The notes below the pieces were generated by a model. It searched no databases and was not told the origin of the DNA. It was given only the letters and a program-made list of their open reading frames with translations. Positions 1 to 11,287 of a stretch of DNA of 64,000 nt are shown here, in pieces. The position numbers and the translations under genes are program-made. Every line of letters begins with the position of its first letter. The stretch's first letter is position 1. The stretch is taken from IMG/VR virus record IMGVR_UViG_3300029319_000005, positions 83,377 to 147,376 of that record. The stretch is one strand, 5' to 3'. The stretch comes from a virus.

Positions 1-1
1 T

Positions 2-358
2 TATTGTTATAAGGTCTCTTAAAGTTAAGGATTCAACAAAATAAGAAATTTGTAGTGACAGGGTATTTTCCTCGCTATCAAAAAATTTGATATTTAAAAT
101 CTTTATAAAAGGCAAATAAATTTTAACCTGCTCTTTAATTTTTGCTTTGATGTCGTTTTGTACATTTTGTCCTTTATTTTCAAACAAAAAGTTTCTCAAG
201 CCCACTCCATAGCCTGGTATCATCATTCGCTCTCCCGGCGCTGTCAACACTAACATTTTTAAGTTTTGTCTCATTAGAGTTGCATAATCTTTAATTAAAG
301 AATACGGCCCGTCTTCTATATCGATAGTTAAGGGTAATTTTGCGGCTATTCCAGGCAT
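2..358 (-). CDS. GPW/gp25-like baseplate wedge protein (truncated by window edge)
   Basis: Not in the ORF track. Hand translation: MPGIAAKLPLTIDIEDGPYSLIKDYATLMRQNLKMLVLTAPGERMMIPGYGVGLRNFLFE..., containing the gp25 signature NLxxLxLTxPGERxxxPxYGxGL. AGGA SD upstream. Confidence 0.85.
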   Translation of the reverse strand, partial: MPGIAAKLPLTIDIEDGPYSLIKDYATLMRQNLKMLVLTAPGERMMIPGYGVGLRNFLFENKGQNVQNDIKAKIKEQVKIYLPFIKILNIKFFDSEENTLSLQISYFVESLTLRDLITI

Positions 359-399
359 TTTAAGATTCCTTTAAATTAAATAGTTTGATGAAACTATTA

Positions 400-3300
400 T
401 TAACATGGTTCATTAGAGTGATACCCTGCGGTAAGAGTTCCATCAAGAGGATCAAGTTTTCCGGTAACCGAAAGTCCCCAATAAGTCATTCCTAAAGGAG
501 TGATGTGGAAAGGATTAGTAATTCCAGCAGCAAACAGCACTTCTTGTGGAATTAAAGGATAGGGGAGAAGCGATAAAACAATTGGGAACATCGCTTGTGA
601 GCTTCTCCAGTATCTCATTGTTTTATTATCGTAAAGAGATGATGCATCTCCACCAAAAGCAGCCTCTCCTGCTTTAATAGTTGTTTTTACGCCTTGATAG
701 ACAGTATCCTTAATTGCCTTCGCTGTTGCGATCGTTGGGTCTGAAATTTCAGCTAGGCCTTTTAGTATCATTAAACTAGCTTGTAAAATTACCTGTTGAT
801 CAATACCTGTAGCATCGACCGGGTCTGCGGTAGAAAAGGCGTATTGTTCTTCATAAGATCTAAATTCTGCCGCAGAATCATATGATAGTGGCAAGCTAAA
901 TGCTGTCATTGTATTTAATAAATCACTTTTTGTTTGGCTAAACATCTGACTAAGCCCTGGTTTCGCCGTATCAACTATAGTGTTATAAGTGCCTAATGCA
1001 CTCAGAGTAGCTAGGTCTTCAACAGGTAGAGAATAGCCAAAAAGCACTTGAAATTTTTGTTTTTTTAATAATTCTTCTTTGAGTTTAAAAACTTCTTCAT
1101 AAACTTTATTGTAATCATACAAAATATTCCCATCTGGGCCTAGTTGCAATGCAAAGGAAAGAGGAATATCTTTATCTTCAACTCCATAAATGTCACTAAT
1201 CTTAATCTTGCTTTCCGCTATCGGTATTTTATATATTTCTTTATTTATAGTTTGTACTTCTTGTTCATCATCAACAGTCACTTGCTTTGTTTCTCTTTCA
1301 ATTATTTCATATGATTTTTTATATAAAGGAGGATAGTTCCTACCGGGAGAGCCAGCAAATGCTCGGCGGGCCTGAATCATATCTGATAGGCTATTTTTTA
1401 AAAAGACACCGTCTGATGGAATCGACTCTTCAGATTCTTTCGACACTGGTAAAACATAGCTGAGCCTGACACCAGCCTTCAAGGGCTCGTAATAGGTCGT
1501 ATGGGGTTCATCAGCAAAAAATTCGCTACCCTTTACTGCTGGCATGAATTTAATTACTTTGTCGCGCAAATTGTTAATAATTTTAGCTCTTTTATCTCTC
1601 AATTCTTCAATCTTATCATACCAATTCTTTAATAGCTTATAAGCAATTGTTTCTTCGCCTGAGATTCTTTCGTATTCATTCGTTTCAGGATTCAAATAAT
1701 AAAGAGTTCTCGAATTGTACATATTATTATGGTTAGTTTTAGACATGCCTGTCGCGAAAAGAGCCGCATCGTTCATGTGAACCGCAAACTTGTCTATAGA
1801 CATGGGCATATTAAGATACTCACCTTCGACTCCAGGGGCACCCGCTCTTACTAATGGAATATCAACAACTGGCGTGTAAACAGCTTCTTCCCCTGCTTCA
1901 AAATCTTGTCCGTATAAAGTGTCATAATTAATTATAGACATAAATTTATTGAGCGTCGCTCCAATTTCCTGGTCATAGTCGAGGCCGCGAGAGCCAATGT
2001 CTATATTATTTGTCATGGAATTTATTTCATAAAATTTGCCACTTGGCGTAGGTCTTCCAATCCTAATTGATTTTAATTGTAGCGATTCATCAGAGTTCAT
2101 AAAGTTATCTACAGCATCGCTAATGTATAAAATACTCCAATCATTCATATGGCTTTTAGGAAGCGTGTCATAATTTTGGATTTGATTCAGATAGAATTTC
2201 ATGTTTAACAAAAGAGTGTCTAATGTGGCTCGTCTTCTACCATGATCTTCTGTCCAAATTTCTTTAAACTGGTTTAAAAAATATAAAACGCTTTTCGGCC
2301 CAGGATTATTTTCATCACTTAATCCACTAAATCCGAATAAATTGTGAACACCCTCCATGATAGCGAGACCTGCGTCTTTTGCTCCAACCCAGAACCCACT
2401 ATCCCAATCAGGATCCCAATCTTTATGACTACCAAGTGATTCATTTAACAGTGGTGCGTAATTTTTTGATTTAATACCCCAAATTCTAGAATATTGTTGC
2501 GGCTTATAGGAAGCAGCAAGTATGTTCCTCTCAGGAAGCGCATTTTGTGTCACATCATCAGTAAGCACCTTAAACCCTACCCTAGAGGTCTCTTCGTGTA
2601 AATAATCTGGGTGATATCGTTTGCTCATATGTTCACTCACGCTATCTTGGATTATATCGTCTGGGTCCATGTTAACATTTTCACCCATCCAATCGAGTGA
2701 TTTAAAATTAGTTACACTAGAGTTTGGTTGATGAATCGTTGTCTTGCCGAACAATAAAGATGGCTTTACAAACAGCGGCGCTTCGTTAATATCTGTGCCA
2801 AATAAACCGCTGAAGACGGCTATCTGTGAACTGAATTCATAATTTACATCTTCATAATCTAACAAAGGAAGAGAAGTCAAATCTTTTATATTCTTTTTTA
2901 AATTTTTCGTTGTTATTTGTTTTGGGAATATTATTTCCACGTCTGGATTAGAGAACTGTCTCCAAGTTAACCGTGAAACTGCTGAATTACCTTTTTTTAG
3001 GGTAGCGTCTATTTCTCGCTCAACAAGCTCATAGGGGTAATAGTTGAATCCTTGTATACAACTCGACCATTTTACTAGGTTGGCACCAATGCTTTTATCA
3101 GCGAAAAGGCCATAAAAAGTAAGACCTTTTAGCACATGGTCAAAGTGCCAATAGAGTTCTTCAGCGTTAAGATTAAAAACAATCTCATTAACATCTACAT
3201 ATGATGTAGCTAGATTAGAAGAAATTTGTAATTGCTCGCCATTAGTGGCGGTTAAAATATTTAAATCATAAACAGCAGTACCATCTGCAATACCTTTTAA

Positions 3301-6300
3301 CTCGGCTATTTGGCTAATTCCTTTTGACTCTCCAAAAGGTAGTTCAATCGTAGGATAGATAGTATCAAAAATTTTATCCCACTCTTCTCTTTCTGGCGTT
3401 CCCTCCTCCGCTTTTGGTATAGCATATTGTAAATTTAAGAAATTTAAAAGAGATTCTGATGCGTCTTGCACATTTGAAAAATCTGCGTTTCTAATAAATT
3501 CTTTTAAATCTTTTTCAATAGGAAATAATGCTAGATCTTCACTATGTTTATTTTCCATATATAAAATCAATCTAGGAAACAAAGATGACTTTAGTGACAA
3601 GCGCCACTTTCCTTGTTCCGAATCGTAAATCAATTGTCTTATATGAAATCTTTTATCCCAATCAGACCACCCAGGAGACGACATACCTTCGTAAATCTTA
3701 GCAAAAACAGCATAGCAATCTTCCGACGTTATTGGGTTATCGATATCACCTTTACCTAAAACAATTTTGTCTTGATTTTCATAAGCAGTATTATCCCAGA
3801 CATTCCAAGTAAATTTTGATTCATATTCAACGTAGTATTTCATTGAATTTAAATATTTTTGTATATACAGAACGTTAAGCCATGATTTTTGTAAATAAGT
3901 GTCAACCACTGAAAAAGACGCCGGGGCGTGGATTAAATTGGTTCCTTGATTAGGAGAGTAGGGAGCAGCGCCATCAGTCCAATCTAATGATTCTCCAGTA
4001 TAAGGAACAAAATTTGTAAGCAATAAATCTGTTTTAAACTGCTCAAAATCAGTTCCTTGTTTTTTAAGCATTACTTGATATATCGAGATGATAGAATCGA
4101 ATAAGGCACTTTCTTTATCTTTTAAAGAAACAATATCAAGCGCACTCCATTTGCTCCAATCGGTAGCACTCAAATCCGCTTCAAATTTAACAAAGCTGTT
4201 AGGAGTGTACCTTACGACAGATCTTTTTGAATTATTGATACTATCTCCTCCAATATAAAAAGAGAAATTAGCACCTTTCTTTGCCTTAGATGTGTTTGGA
4301 TCAACAAGCCTATGAGCACCAAGGGGAACGTGTGGAAGTCCATCAGTCTTCGCTAGATCCCCTATTGTGGCAATTGATTTAAACACTCGAACATTCCCAT
4401 CCGAATCTATATTATTTATATTTTTAAAGTTAGAGTCTTGGCCTGTAAGATTCAACAATTTTTTGGGAATCGCTGTTGGCCTATATCTAAACTGTTTCCA
4501 GTCTTCAAAAATTTCAAACAATTCTTTATCAATTGCAGACAATTCAGAAAAACCTTCATTAAGATTATTGGTTACTGTAGCCAGTGAATAAAAATCATCT
4601 AGCCCTACATAGCCATTAAATAAAGGTGCTGCTCCATCAATCTCTAAAAAGTCTTTCACATAGTCAAAAGATTGATCGCTTATTTGTCCATATATTCCTT
4701 GGGAAACTGCCTCTTCCGCCGATAGGTTTGAAAACATAGGATTTGAATTAAAATTAACCTTTTTAGCACTTGTTTTAATGGGAGGTATATTTTTCAACTT
4801 CGGCTGATTATTGCCGATATTAAGCTTGGCCTTAACCTCTATGAACTGTTCTAAAACAAATCCTCCATCTTTAAAATATCTTTGATCAATATTATTTTTT
4901 AATATTTGCTTTTCTATAGAAACAATCCTTCCAAGCTCATTGTTATAAAAATTTGGTGGTACATCAAACTTTTCAAAATCAACTTCAAGAGTAGCGAGCA
5001 TATCATTTAAATCAATAGTCCCCTTTTGCGAAGCCTGCGACAGCACTTCTAATAATTCATCATTTTTTGGACCATTATAGGCATAGCTTAGATATCTTGC
5101 GATATCCAAAGCTTGATTAGCAGGGTCCTCAAACATACTAACAAACGTAGGAACGTTTAAGACCTCTGGATAAACCGTTCTTCCCGCAATCTTAAGGTTA
5201 TCATCAGTCAAAGCCTTGTTTTTTAAATCCGGCTGTACAACTCCGTATGTTTGTACGACTGGCGTGTCTAATATTCTACGGAAAAGGCTGTCAGATACTT
5301 CTCCAAACTTTTCAACATCAATATCTAACTCAGAGACTGTCTGGATGTTCTCTTTAACCTTATCTGAGACTTCGTACAGTGTCTTTTCTAAAAGCAATTT
5401 TAAAGCATCAGTGTTTGTCATTTCAATGGCTTCTTCTTGAGTTAAAATGTCATATGAAGCTTGTGCCATTAGACTTAAAATATCGTCCGCGCCGTCTTCG
5501 ACTTCTGCACAAAATAAACTAAATATAAAGCCCATATAGATTTCTTTGTTCACACTGTTTAGGCCAATCTCAGAAAAATAAAATATAGACGGAAGAAATT
5601 TTTCATATATTAGGACTCTCATAAAAGTTTTAGTCAGTCCTGCCATGATCGCTCTTTGCAATGCTGCTTGCTCATCAAGTCCTTGACAAATAAAGTTCTT
5701 TCTGATCGTTTCCATAGATGCCGTTAAAGAGGCCAGGTCCATAAGATCAACTTGCTTTGTAGGACAAAGCGGATCATCAAACAGAGTCATAGTTAAAATT
5801 CTGTTCGAGTCTAAGAATGGTGAATATAAAGATTTTTTAGAAAACCTTCCAGCGAGTGTGTCTAAAGCAGTCGAATAGTGGGCTCGCATGGACGCTCTGA
5901 ACTGTGCCTCAAATTGCTCATTAATTTGACCTAAAATAGGTTTCCAACTGTCTGTCATGACCTGAGAAAACCTTTCTGCTTGGGACGACGGCTGAAACTG
6001 TCCCTCTATCCCCACCGCATAGGGGTCCGGATAAGCGTGAGTTTTTGAAAGAGCCTTCATGGCTTGTTCAAGTTGTGCGCTTGGATTAGGGCTTTTTATT
6101 CTCAAAGACAAGGTTTCATTTTGATTATCTATTTCTATAGAATGCAAGCCTGTAATGTCTATTAGATACTGCGAGGCTCCGTCAGGCGACAATCCAGAAT
6201 AAATTTTATTTTTAAGAATTATTTCTTTATCATATTCCAGATTATTAACAAAATCATTATTTTTTATGTTTTGAGCATTCGTCTTCTTTGTTAAAGATAA

Positions 6301-9270
6301 AGCAGCTACTGCTCTGTTTTCTTTTAATTCACTAAAACGATCAATGCCGTCCAATGATTCTATAAATTCTAATCCCGCAGCAAATCCAGAGGTGTTAAAT
6401 AATCTTCTTAATTTTGCCATGGGATCGATAGTATTAAATCTAACTTCTTGTTTAAAATCGTTAGAAATGACCTCTACTAAGGTGTTATCTTCATCTTTTA
6501 AAAGATTTCTAAAATCTACTAAAAGCTCAACATTTTTCTGTGAAGCTCCTCCTTTGTTTGCGCTCATAGAAGGCACTAGCACTTTGTCATCAAGCTCTAT
6601 AAAGTTGGTAGTAATGTTTAATTTAGAAATTGCATCGCTATCAAACAAAAATACAGGAAAAGCATTCAATTCAACCGTAAACTTTGTCTTAATTGAATCA
6701 AAGGCACTCTGATAGGCGCTTTTATTCATAAAATCGCCAGCCGGATCAGGAATTTTTAACAACTCACACGGCTGTAAAACAAACTCTGGGTCGAATGCCA
6801 GAGCGCTTTCAGGATTTTTATCTGGCAGTCCGCCAATAATTTCATCTAAAAGACCGTCATCATAATTTGAATATTTGTCTTTCATTTGCTGTTTAAAGTC
6901 AGCACAAATTTCGGCGCTTGACATCCTAGCCATTTCATCTATTTTTTCATCTAATAGTGATAAGTTACAATCTTCTCGACCCATAGACGCTAATCCAGAT
7001 TCGACAGCAGCCTTTTCGGACCTGATCCCTAGTTGTTGGTTAAGTCCTCTTGCTATCGCTTCAATTACAGAGTTATTAGCGTTCCCTTGCAAGCAATCTC
7101 TCATTTCCAAAGGAGTAGTAGTGTTGGTAACAATTTTCGCTAATTTTTCGATTTCTTTTTTAGTGCGTAGTAAGTTTGCAGACTTCGGAGATCTTTCCAT
7201 TGATTTTGTAATAACATGGTCTGCAAACTTTAGAAGCGCATCATCTTTATTTGTTAAAAAGTCTCCAAGGTCTGCGGCCCCCTTCTTAAACTGATCGCCT
7301 ACACCTTCAACATTACAAGAAGCGATCATTATCAGCATTTGTTTAAAAAAATCAACAATTGCTCGTTCTACGGTCTCTTTTATAACTCCTTCAATATTGT
7401 TAGTAAAATCACCCCAAAAATCACCAATTGGAGTGGTTTTTTTGAAAGCAGGCATTATCCTAGTATTTCCTAGAGTTACCAAAAATTTGTCAATCCTGTC
7501 AAGAACATCAACATTTGGAGTGCCATATCTATCAGCACAAGTTAATCCTAGTATTAAAAGGTCTCTAACTGTCAACCTTTTCACAATCAAGTTTTCTATA
7601 TCTTTAATTGTTTTAATTCTAGAAAGAAGCCTGCCGGAACTGATCTGCGCTACGGTTGAATCTCTAATAACGTGGCTGGGCCTTATTTTAGCATTGCCAG
7701 GATAACTTAACCAGGGCGCATCATATTGTTCATTTAAAGATGAAAAGTTAAAGCCATCCGATAAAAGAGACCCATATGCCTCATGTAGGCCAGAGGCAGC
7801 GATAGACGCAACCACTCCTCCGGCAACATCGCCAGTCACAAACAAGCCTTTTATATTGGCATCTGCTCCCGCCTCGGCAATACCAGCTAATGAGTTTATT
7901 GCGTCCTCTCTGTCAAAAGGAGCATTTGTCACTTGATCATAAAGTTTTGAAATATCGTGTTTTACTTGTGATAAAATAGCCTTTTCTTTTTCAACATCCT
8001 CAGAACCTTTGTATAGCGCATCTGCTTCATCAAATACTTTCTCTATTTTTTGTAGATTTTCTATACTAATGTCTTTTGGATAGTGATAGGCCTCCAAAAA
8101 TGGCATTAAATCAGTATAATCAGCACCCCCTCCATCTAGAAAACCAGAAGTAACGTCGCTAATAGGATTAGAAGAATCAATTATTTCATTAATATTTCTA
8201 ATGTAGTTAACGAAAGTTGGGTAATATTCTGCTTCAATTGTGCTTTTAGTTCTACCTATGGATGTATCTAAAAACTGGTTGTTACCTAGTGACTCCTCGC
8301 TGCCCTCTAAATTTAGCTCTGCTGTTATTTGTGCTTCAAACTCTGACTCGCCAACCCTAATAGCAGCCGCTGGTAAATTTTTGATAAAACTAAATCCAAA
8401 GTACTGTTTTTCAAACCCTAATCTAGAAAGTGCTTCGTCGCTGTTTAAAGAAGACTCTCTAGGATTTTGCTCTACTAGTCCATAAACCTCTTCCATTAAG
8501 TTAACAGCCTGCTTTTCGCTAGAGTCTGGAATTTCCACTAAGTTTCTAGCTTCAGCCCTAAAAGATTCAAGCCCTCTAGAATCCGGAAAAGTTATACATA
8601 GAATAGGAACCAACCCTTCCAGCCACGACACCGGCCCTTTAGTACTTCCGGCTATTTCATATAAACCCTGTTGGTTCACTTCGCTCGCTTGTTTTTGGGA
8701 AGATTTTTTCTCTTCATAAAATTCTTTCATGTCTGCTACTAACGCATCTTTCCATGCGTCAATATTTTCTATGATATATTTTTCTTTATAAAGATCGACT
8801 TTAATTTTATCTGCCGCTTCAACTATTGCTGTTAAAACAGCCTTTAACTTTCTTAGCTTAGCCACGAAAATAGAATTGTCGCTATAAGTTTCGTCAAATT
8901 CTAGTATCACAAAATCAGTAGCCCCATTAAGAAGGGCGCTGCTAGGAGCATCTCTTCTAACTGCCCCTAAAGAACTTAATACAACATCAGATATCAAAAC
9001 ACTAACAGAAATCGTTGCTGCTGCCGGATCATACTTAAAGTAATCTCCCTTAATAGCTCTAGGTAACGAAATTAAATTAGCATCATTTGTGAGTTCCGAA
9101 TATGCAGAGGGCGATAGCAGATACTCAGTGTCTAGCAATTCAACCGCTCTAGTACGAATTAATTTTTGTACTTCGTTTGTAAACAGTTTTTCATTTTTAT
9201 CAGCAACAAAGTCCTTGCCGCTAGACCAGTCTATTACTATTGGAATTTGTAAATATTTTTTTGTAGCCAC
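400..9270 (-). CDS. very large (2956 aa) protein of unknown function, probably a virion/baseplate component
   Basis: Uninterrupted ORF (GTG start) between gp5-like and gp25-like genes; no recognisable catalytic motif. Confidence 0.6.
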   Translation of the reverse strand: MATKKYLQIPIVIDWSSGKDFVADKNEKLFTNEVQKLIRTRAVELLDTEYLLSPSAYSELTNDANLISLPRAIKGDYFKYDPAAATISVSVLISDVVLSSLGAVRRDAPSSALLNGATDFVILEFDETYSDNSIFVAKLRKLKAVLTAIVEAADKIKVDLYKEKYIIENIDAWKDALVADMKEFYEEKKSSQKQASEVNQQGLYEIAGSTKGPVSWLEGLVPILCITFPDSRGLESFRAEARNLVEIPDSSEKQAVNLMEEVYGLVEQNPRESSLNSDEALSRLGFEKQYFGFSFIKNLPAAAIRVGESEFEAQITAELNLEGSEESLGNNQFLDTSIGRTKSTIEAEYYPTFVNYIRNINEIIDSSNPISDVTSGFLDGGGADYTDLMPFLEAYHYPKDISIENLQKIEKVFDEADALYKGSEDVEKEKAILSQVKHDISKLYDQVTNAPFDREDAINSLAGIAEAGADANIKGLFVTGDVAGGVVASIAASGLHEAYGSLLSDGFNFSSLNEQYDAPWLSYPGNAKIRPSHVIRDSTVAQISSGRLLSRIKTIKDIENLIVKRLTVRDLLILGLTCADRYGTPNVDVLDRIDKFLVTLGNTRIMPAFKKTTPIGDFWGDFTNNIEGVIKETVERAIVDFFKQMLIMIASCNVEGVGDQFKKGAADLGDFLTNKDDALLKFADHVITKSMERSPKSANLLRTKKEIEKLAKIVTNTTTPLEMRDCLQGNANNSVIEAIARGLNQQLGIRSEKAAVESGLASMGREDCNLSLLDEKIDEMARMSSAEICADFKQQMKDKYSNYDDGLLDEIIGGLPDKNPESALAFDPEFVLQPCELLKIPDPAGDFMNKSAYQSAFDSIKTKFTVELNAFPVFLFDSDAISKLNITTNFIELDDKVLVPSMSANKGGASQKNVELLVDFRNLLKDEDNTLVEVISNDFKQEVRFNTIDPMAKLRRLFNTSGFAAGLEFIESLDGIDRFSELKENRAVAALSLTKKTNAQNIKNNDFVNNLEYDKEIILKNKIYSGLSPDGASQYLIDITGLHSIEIDNQNETLSLRIKSPNPSAQLEQAMKALSKTHAYPDPYAVGIEGQFQPSSQAERFSQVMTDSWKPILGQINEQFEAQFRASMRAHYSTALDTLAGRFSKKSLYSPFLDSNRILTMTLFDDPLCPTKQVDLMDLASLTASMETIRKNFICQGLDEQAALQRAIMAGLTKTFMRVLIYEKFLPSIFYFSEIGLNSVNKEIYMGFIFSLFCAEVEDGADDILSLMAQASYDILTQEEAIEMTNTDALKLLLEKTLYEVSDKVKENIQTVSELDIDVEKFGEVSDSLFRRILDTPVVQTYGVVQPDLKNKALTDDNLKIAGRTVYPEVLNVPTFVSMFEDPANQALDIARYLSYAYNGPKNDELLEVLSQASQKGTIDLNDMLATLEVDFEKFDVPPNFYNNELGRIVSIEKQILKNNIDQRYFKDGGFVLEQFIEVKAKLNIGNNQPKLKNIPPIKTSAKKVNFNSNPMFSNLSAEEAVSQGIYGQISDQSFDYVKDFLEIDGAAPLFNGYVGLDDFYSLATVTNNLNEGFSELSAIDKELFEIFEDWKQFRYRPTAIPKKLLNLTGQDSNFKNINNIDSDGNVRVFKSIATIGDLAKTDGLPHVPLGAHRLVDPNTSKAKKGANFSFYIGGDSINNSKRSVVRYTPNSFVKFEADLSATDWSKWSALDIVSLKDKESALFDSIISIYQVMLKKQGTDFEQFKTDLLLTNFVPYTGESLDWTDGAAPYSPNQGTNLIHAPASFSVVDTYLQKSWLNVLYIQKYLNSMKYYVEYESKFTWNVWDNTAYENQDKIVLGKGDIDNPITSEDCYAVFAKIYEGMSSPGWSDWDKRFHIRQLIYDSEQGKWRLSLKSSLFPRLILYMENKHSEDLALFPIEKDLKEFIRNADFSNVQDASESLLNFLNLQYAIPKAEEGTPEREEWDKIFDTIYPTIELPFGESKGISQIAELKGIADGTAVYDLNILTATNGEQLQISSNLATSYVDVNEIVFNLNAEELYWHFDHVLKGLTFYGLFADKSIGANLVKWSSCIQGFNYYPYELVEREIDATLKKGNSAVSRLTWRQFSNPDVEIIFPKQITTKNLKKNIKDLTSLPLLDYEDVNYEFSSQIAVFSGLFGTDINEAPLFVKPSLLFGKTTIHQPNSSVTNFKSLDWMGENVNMDPDDIIQDSVSEHMSKRYHPDYLHEETSRVGFKVLTDDVTQNALPERNILAASYKPQQYSRIWGIKSKNYAPLLNESLGSHKDWDPDWDSGFWVGAKDAGLAIMEGVHNLFGFSGLSDENNPGPKSVLYFLNQFKEIWTEDHGRRRATLDTLLLNMKFYLNQIQNYDTLPKSHMNDWSILYISDAVDNFMNSDESLQLKSIRIGRPTPSGKFYEINSMTNNIDIGSRGLDYDQEIGATLNKFMSIINYDTLYGQDFEAGEEAVYTPVVDIPLVRAGAPGVEGEYLNMPMSIDKFAVHMNDAALFATGMSKTNHNNMYNSRTLYYLNPETNEYERISGEETIAYKLLKNWYDKIEELRDKRAKIINNLRDKVIKFMPAVKGSEFFADEPHTTYYEPLKAGVRLSYVLPVSKESEESIPSDGVFLKNSLSDMIQARRAFAGSPGRNYPPLYKKSYEIIERETKQVTVDDEQEVQTINKEIYKIPIAESKIKISDIYGVEDKDIPLSFALQLGPDGNILYDYNKVYEEVFKLKEELLKKQKFQVLFGYSLPVEDLATLSALGTYNTIVDTAKPGLSQMFSQTKSDLLNTMTAFSLPLSYDSAAEFRSYEEQYAFSTADPVDATGIDQQVILQASLMILKGLAEISDPTIATAKAIKDTVYQGVKTTIKAGEAAFGGDASSLYDNKTMRYWRSSQAMFPIVLSLLPYPLIPQEVLFAAGITNPFHITPLGMTYWGLSVTGKLDPLDGTLTAGYHSNEPC

Positions 9271-9281
9271 AGGCTAATTCC

Positions 9282-10232
9282 TTAAGTTATTATTTTCATG
9301 TTTTTAAAAGCACTTCCGACTTTATTCTCTTTTTGTTCTAAATACTCAAAATAATTATCTAAAGTTGTTATTTTAGATCGATTTATTTCAGACCATTCAC
9401 CATATAAATCTATTATTTTTTGTATGTTTTTATTTTTTGGTCTTTTATTTTTAATCCACTCTAAGTTAGCTAAAATTGTTGGAGAGTAGTAAAAGTTTTC
9501 CTTTTCTTTAGGCCCCCCTTTTGGCGAAGGCCACCAAAACCATCCAGAAGCTTTTGCACTAAAATTCTCACTATGGATATCCTTATTTTTAAATAAGTCT
9601 TTGTTCTGATTTCTCCAGTGAATAGCATCATAATGCATATTATCAATTATATTCCTATTTTCATACATGCCAAGTCTACCGGAAGGTAACAGGCCAGCAT
9701 CTAATAAAACACTAACTGCTGCAATCACTTCAGTAGTGTCAAGTGCTGTATTGTCATCTGCGAAAAAAAATACGGGTTTTGCCGAAGAGCCATAATTTCC
9801 GTGATCCCAAGCAATTCCAGCCGGATGAGCACCGCCTAGCCCGCTGCCTTTGTGTTGAACCAAAGTTCCTATTTGTGGTACATAGTTCACTCTTCTGCCC
9901 GTTGCAATACTAAGGAATTGCTTAGTAATTTCACCGCTTGCTGCATTTAATCTTAATCTAAGATTATCTTGGATTAGTTCATCTTTGAAAGGGGGAAAAG
10001 TTTTTTTACTCTGTGACCTGATGTATTTTGTTCTAATTCCGTTTTTATTTATTTTTTTTACACCATTTTGACAAATTAGGATAAGAAGTTCATAAATATC
10101 AAGAGGAGTCTTGCCTATGGAGACATCAGATGGACTTTTCCCTTGCAATGAATAAAGACTTCCAAGTCCTAAATAAAATTCTTCAAAGGTCTCATCATCT
10201 ATATTAACTTCTTTTGTAATAAATTTGGTCAT
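9282..10232 (-). CDS. peptidase M15-like (Zn peptidoglycan peptidase fold) protein
   Basis: AHPAGIAWD (HxxGxAxD), GRLGMY and MHYD (HxD) motifs in M15 order. Confidence 0.55.
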   Translation of the reverse strand: MTKFITKEVNIDDETFEEFYLGLGSLYSLQGKSPSDVSIGKTPLDIYELLILICQNGVKKINKNGIRTKYIRSQSKKTFPPFKDELIQDNLRLRLNAASGEITKQFLSIATGRRVNYVPQIGTLVQHKGSGLGGAHPAGIAWDHGNYGSSAKPVFFFADDNTALDTTEVIAAVSVLLDAGLLPSGRLGMYENRNIIDNMHYDAIHWRNQNKDLFKNKDIHSENFSAKASGWFWWPSPKGGPKEKENFYYSPTILANLEWIKNKRPKNKNIQKIIDLYGEWSEINRSKITTLDNYFEYLEQKENKVGSAFKNMKIIT

Positions 10233-10240
10233 CGTTTCTT

Positions 10241-11284
10241 TTAGTTAGTATGGTTTTTATAGCTACATATATATTTTTCGCCTAGCAGAGCATCTGTATA
10301 GGTTTTTTTATTAATAATTAACGTTGCTTGATGCGCTTTCAGATTCTGCTGGAAAAAAGACGCCATGACGGCATTTATTCCTTTTCCTACGTTTTCTAGC
10401 CTTTCGGCTGGTCTGGTGGGTCCATTAAAAAACGGCGAACTATGTGTGTGTTTTATAACGTGGGTATTAAAATTCGTCTGGTCGAGCACGAACTTTGATA
10501 AGTGCCCACTTAAACTAGCCACCTGTTGGTAAAGGTCATCAATACATTCTCTTAAATTATTTCCCTTGACCAGCGGCTGAACGTCAGTTGACATATCAAC
10601 TCCTCTTGGATTAGTATTGTTGTTTGCAATCAAGTCGATACCGCCCGAATCGAAAACACGCCCTCCAAGAGAATTCTTTTTACCATTTACCATGTCCGAC
10701 TCTGGGCCGACCCCGAATCCGGAAACAATACGGATGTTTTCTCTACCAATTATCCTAATAACATCCGCCTTCATGCCGATTGCGGCTCTAGGCATTTCTT
10801 GACCATCATCTTTTGCAGTCGGTGCTCCCGGAGAAGACTGAAGTCCAAAATTCGTATCAATATTTGTTTTTTGGCTAATATAGATTCTAGCAGCATCATA
10901 AATAAAATTATTGTCAACATAAGCATCTTTGCCATCAGACCGCTTGCTTTTAGCCAAAAATCCCATTCTTCCAACAACCACATCAATAGTATTAGATCGC
11001 GTGTTGCCAAGCCCCCCATATCCAGAAAAAATATTTCCAGGCCTATCCTTTCCCATGACTATATAAGAATTATTTTTACCTTTTATAACGTGTTCAGATT
11101 CAGTTTCAATAAACTTTGGTTCTGGCTCTGGTTGGAAACTACCGCCGACGCCCGGATAGTTTTTTTTCAAATCTCTAATTAACTCTTGCGCGCCATCAGA
11201 AAATTCATCAGATTCATAGCCGTCATAATCAACTGCTTTTGAAACAGTCTTGTTAGAAGATATCTTATCTTGCGTGTCTTTCAA
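10241..11284 (-). CDS. gp5-like baseplate hub/spike, C-terminal part
   Basis: Beta-rich NSYIVMGKDR/AARIYISQ/KADVIRIIGR segments, PLVKGNNL and a late HTH (HxH) motif typical of spike tips; baseplate context. Confidence 0.6.
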   Translation of the reverse strand: MKDTQDKISSNKTVSKAVDYDGYESDEFSDGAQELIRDLKKNYPGVGGSFQPEPEPKFIETESEHVIKGKNNSYIVMGKDRPGNIFSGYGGLGNTRSNTIDVVVGRMGFLAKSKRSDGKDAYVDNNFIYDAARIYISQKTNIDTNFGLQSSPGAPTAKDDGQEMPRAAIGMKADVIRIIGRENIRIVSGFGVGPESDMVNGKKNSLGGRVFDSGGIDLIANNNTNPRGVDMSTDVQPLVKGNNLRECIDDLYQQVASLSGHLSKFVLDQTNFNTHVIKHTHSSPFFNGPTRPAERLENVGKGINAVMASFFQQNLKAHQATLIINKKTYTDALLGEKYICSYKNHTN

Positions 11285-11287
11285 TTT

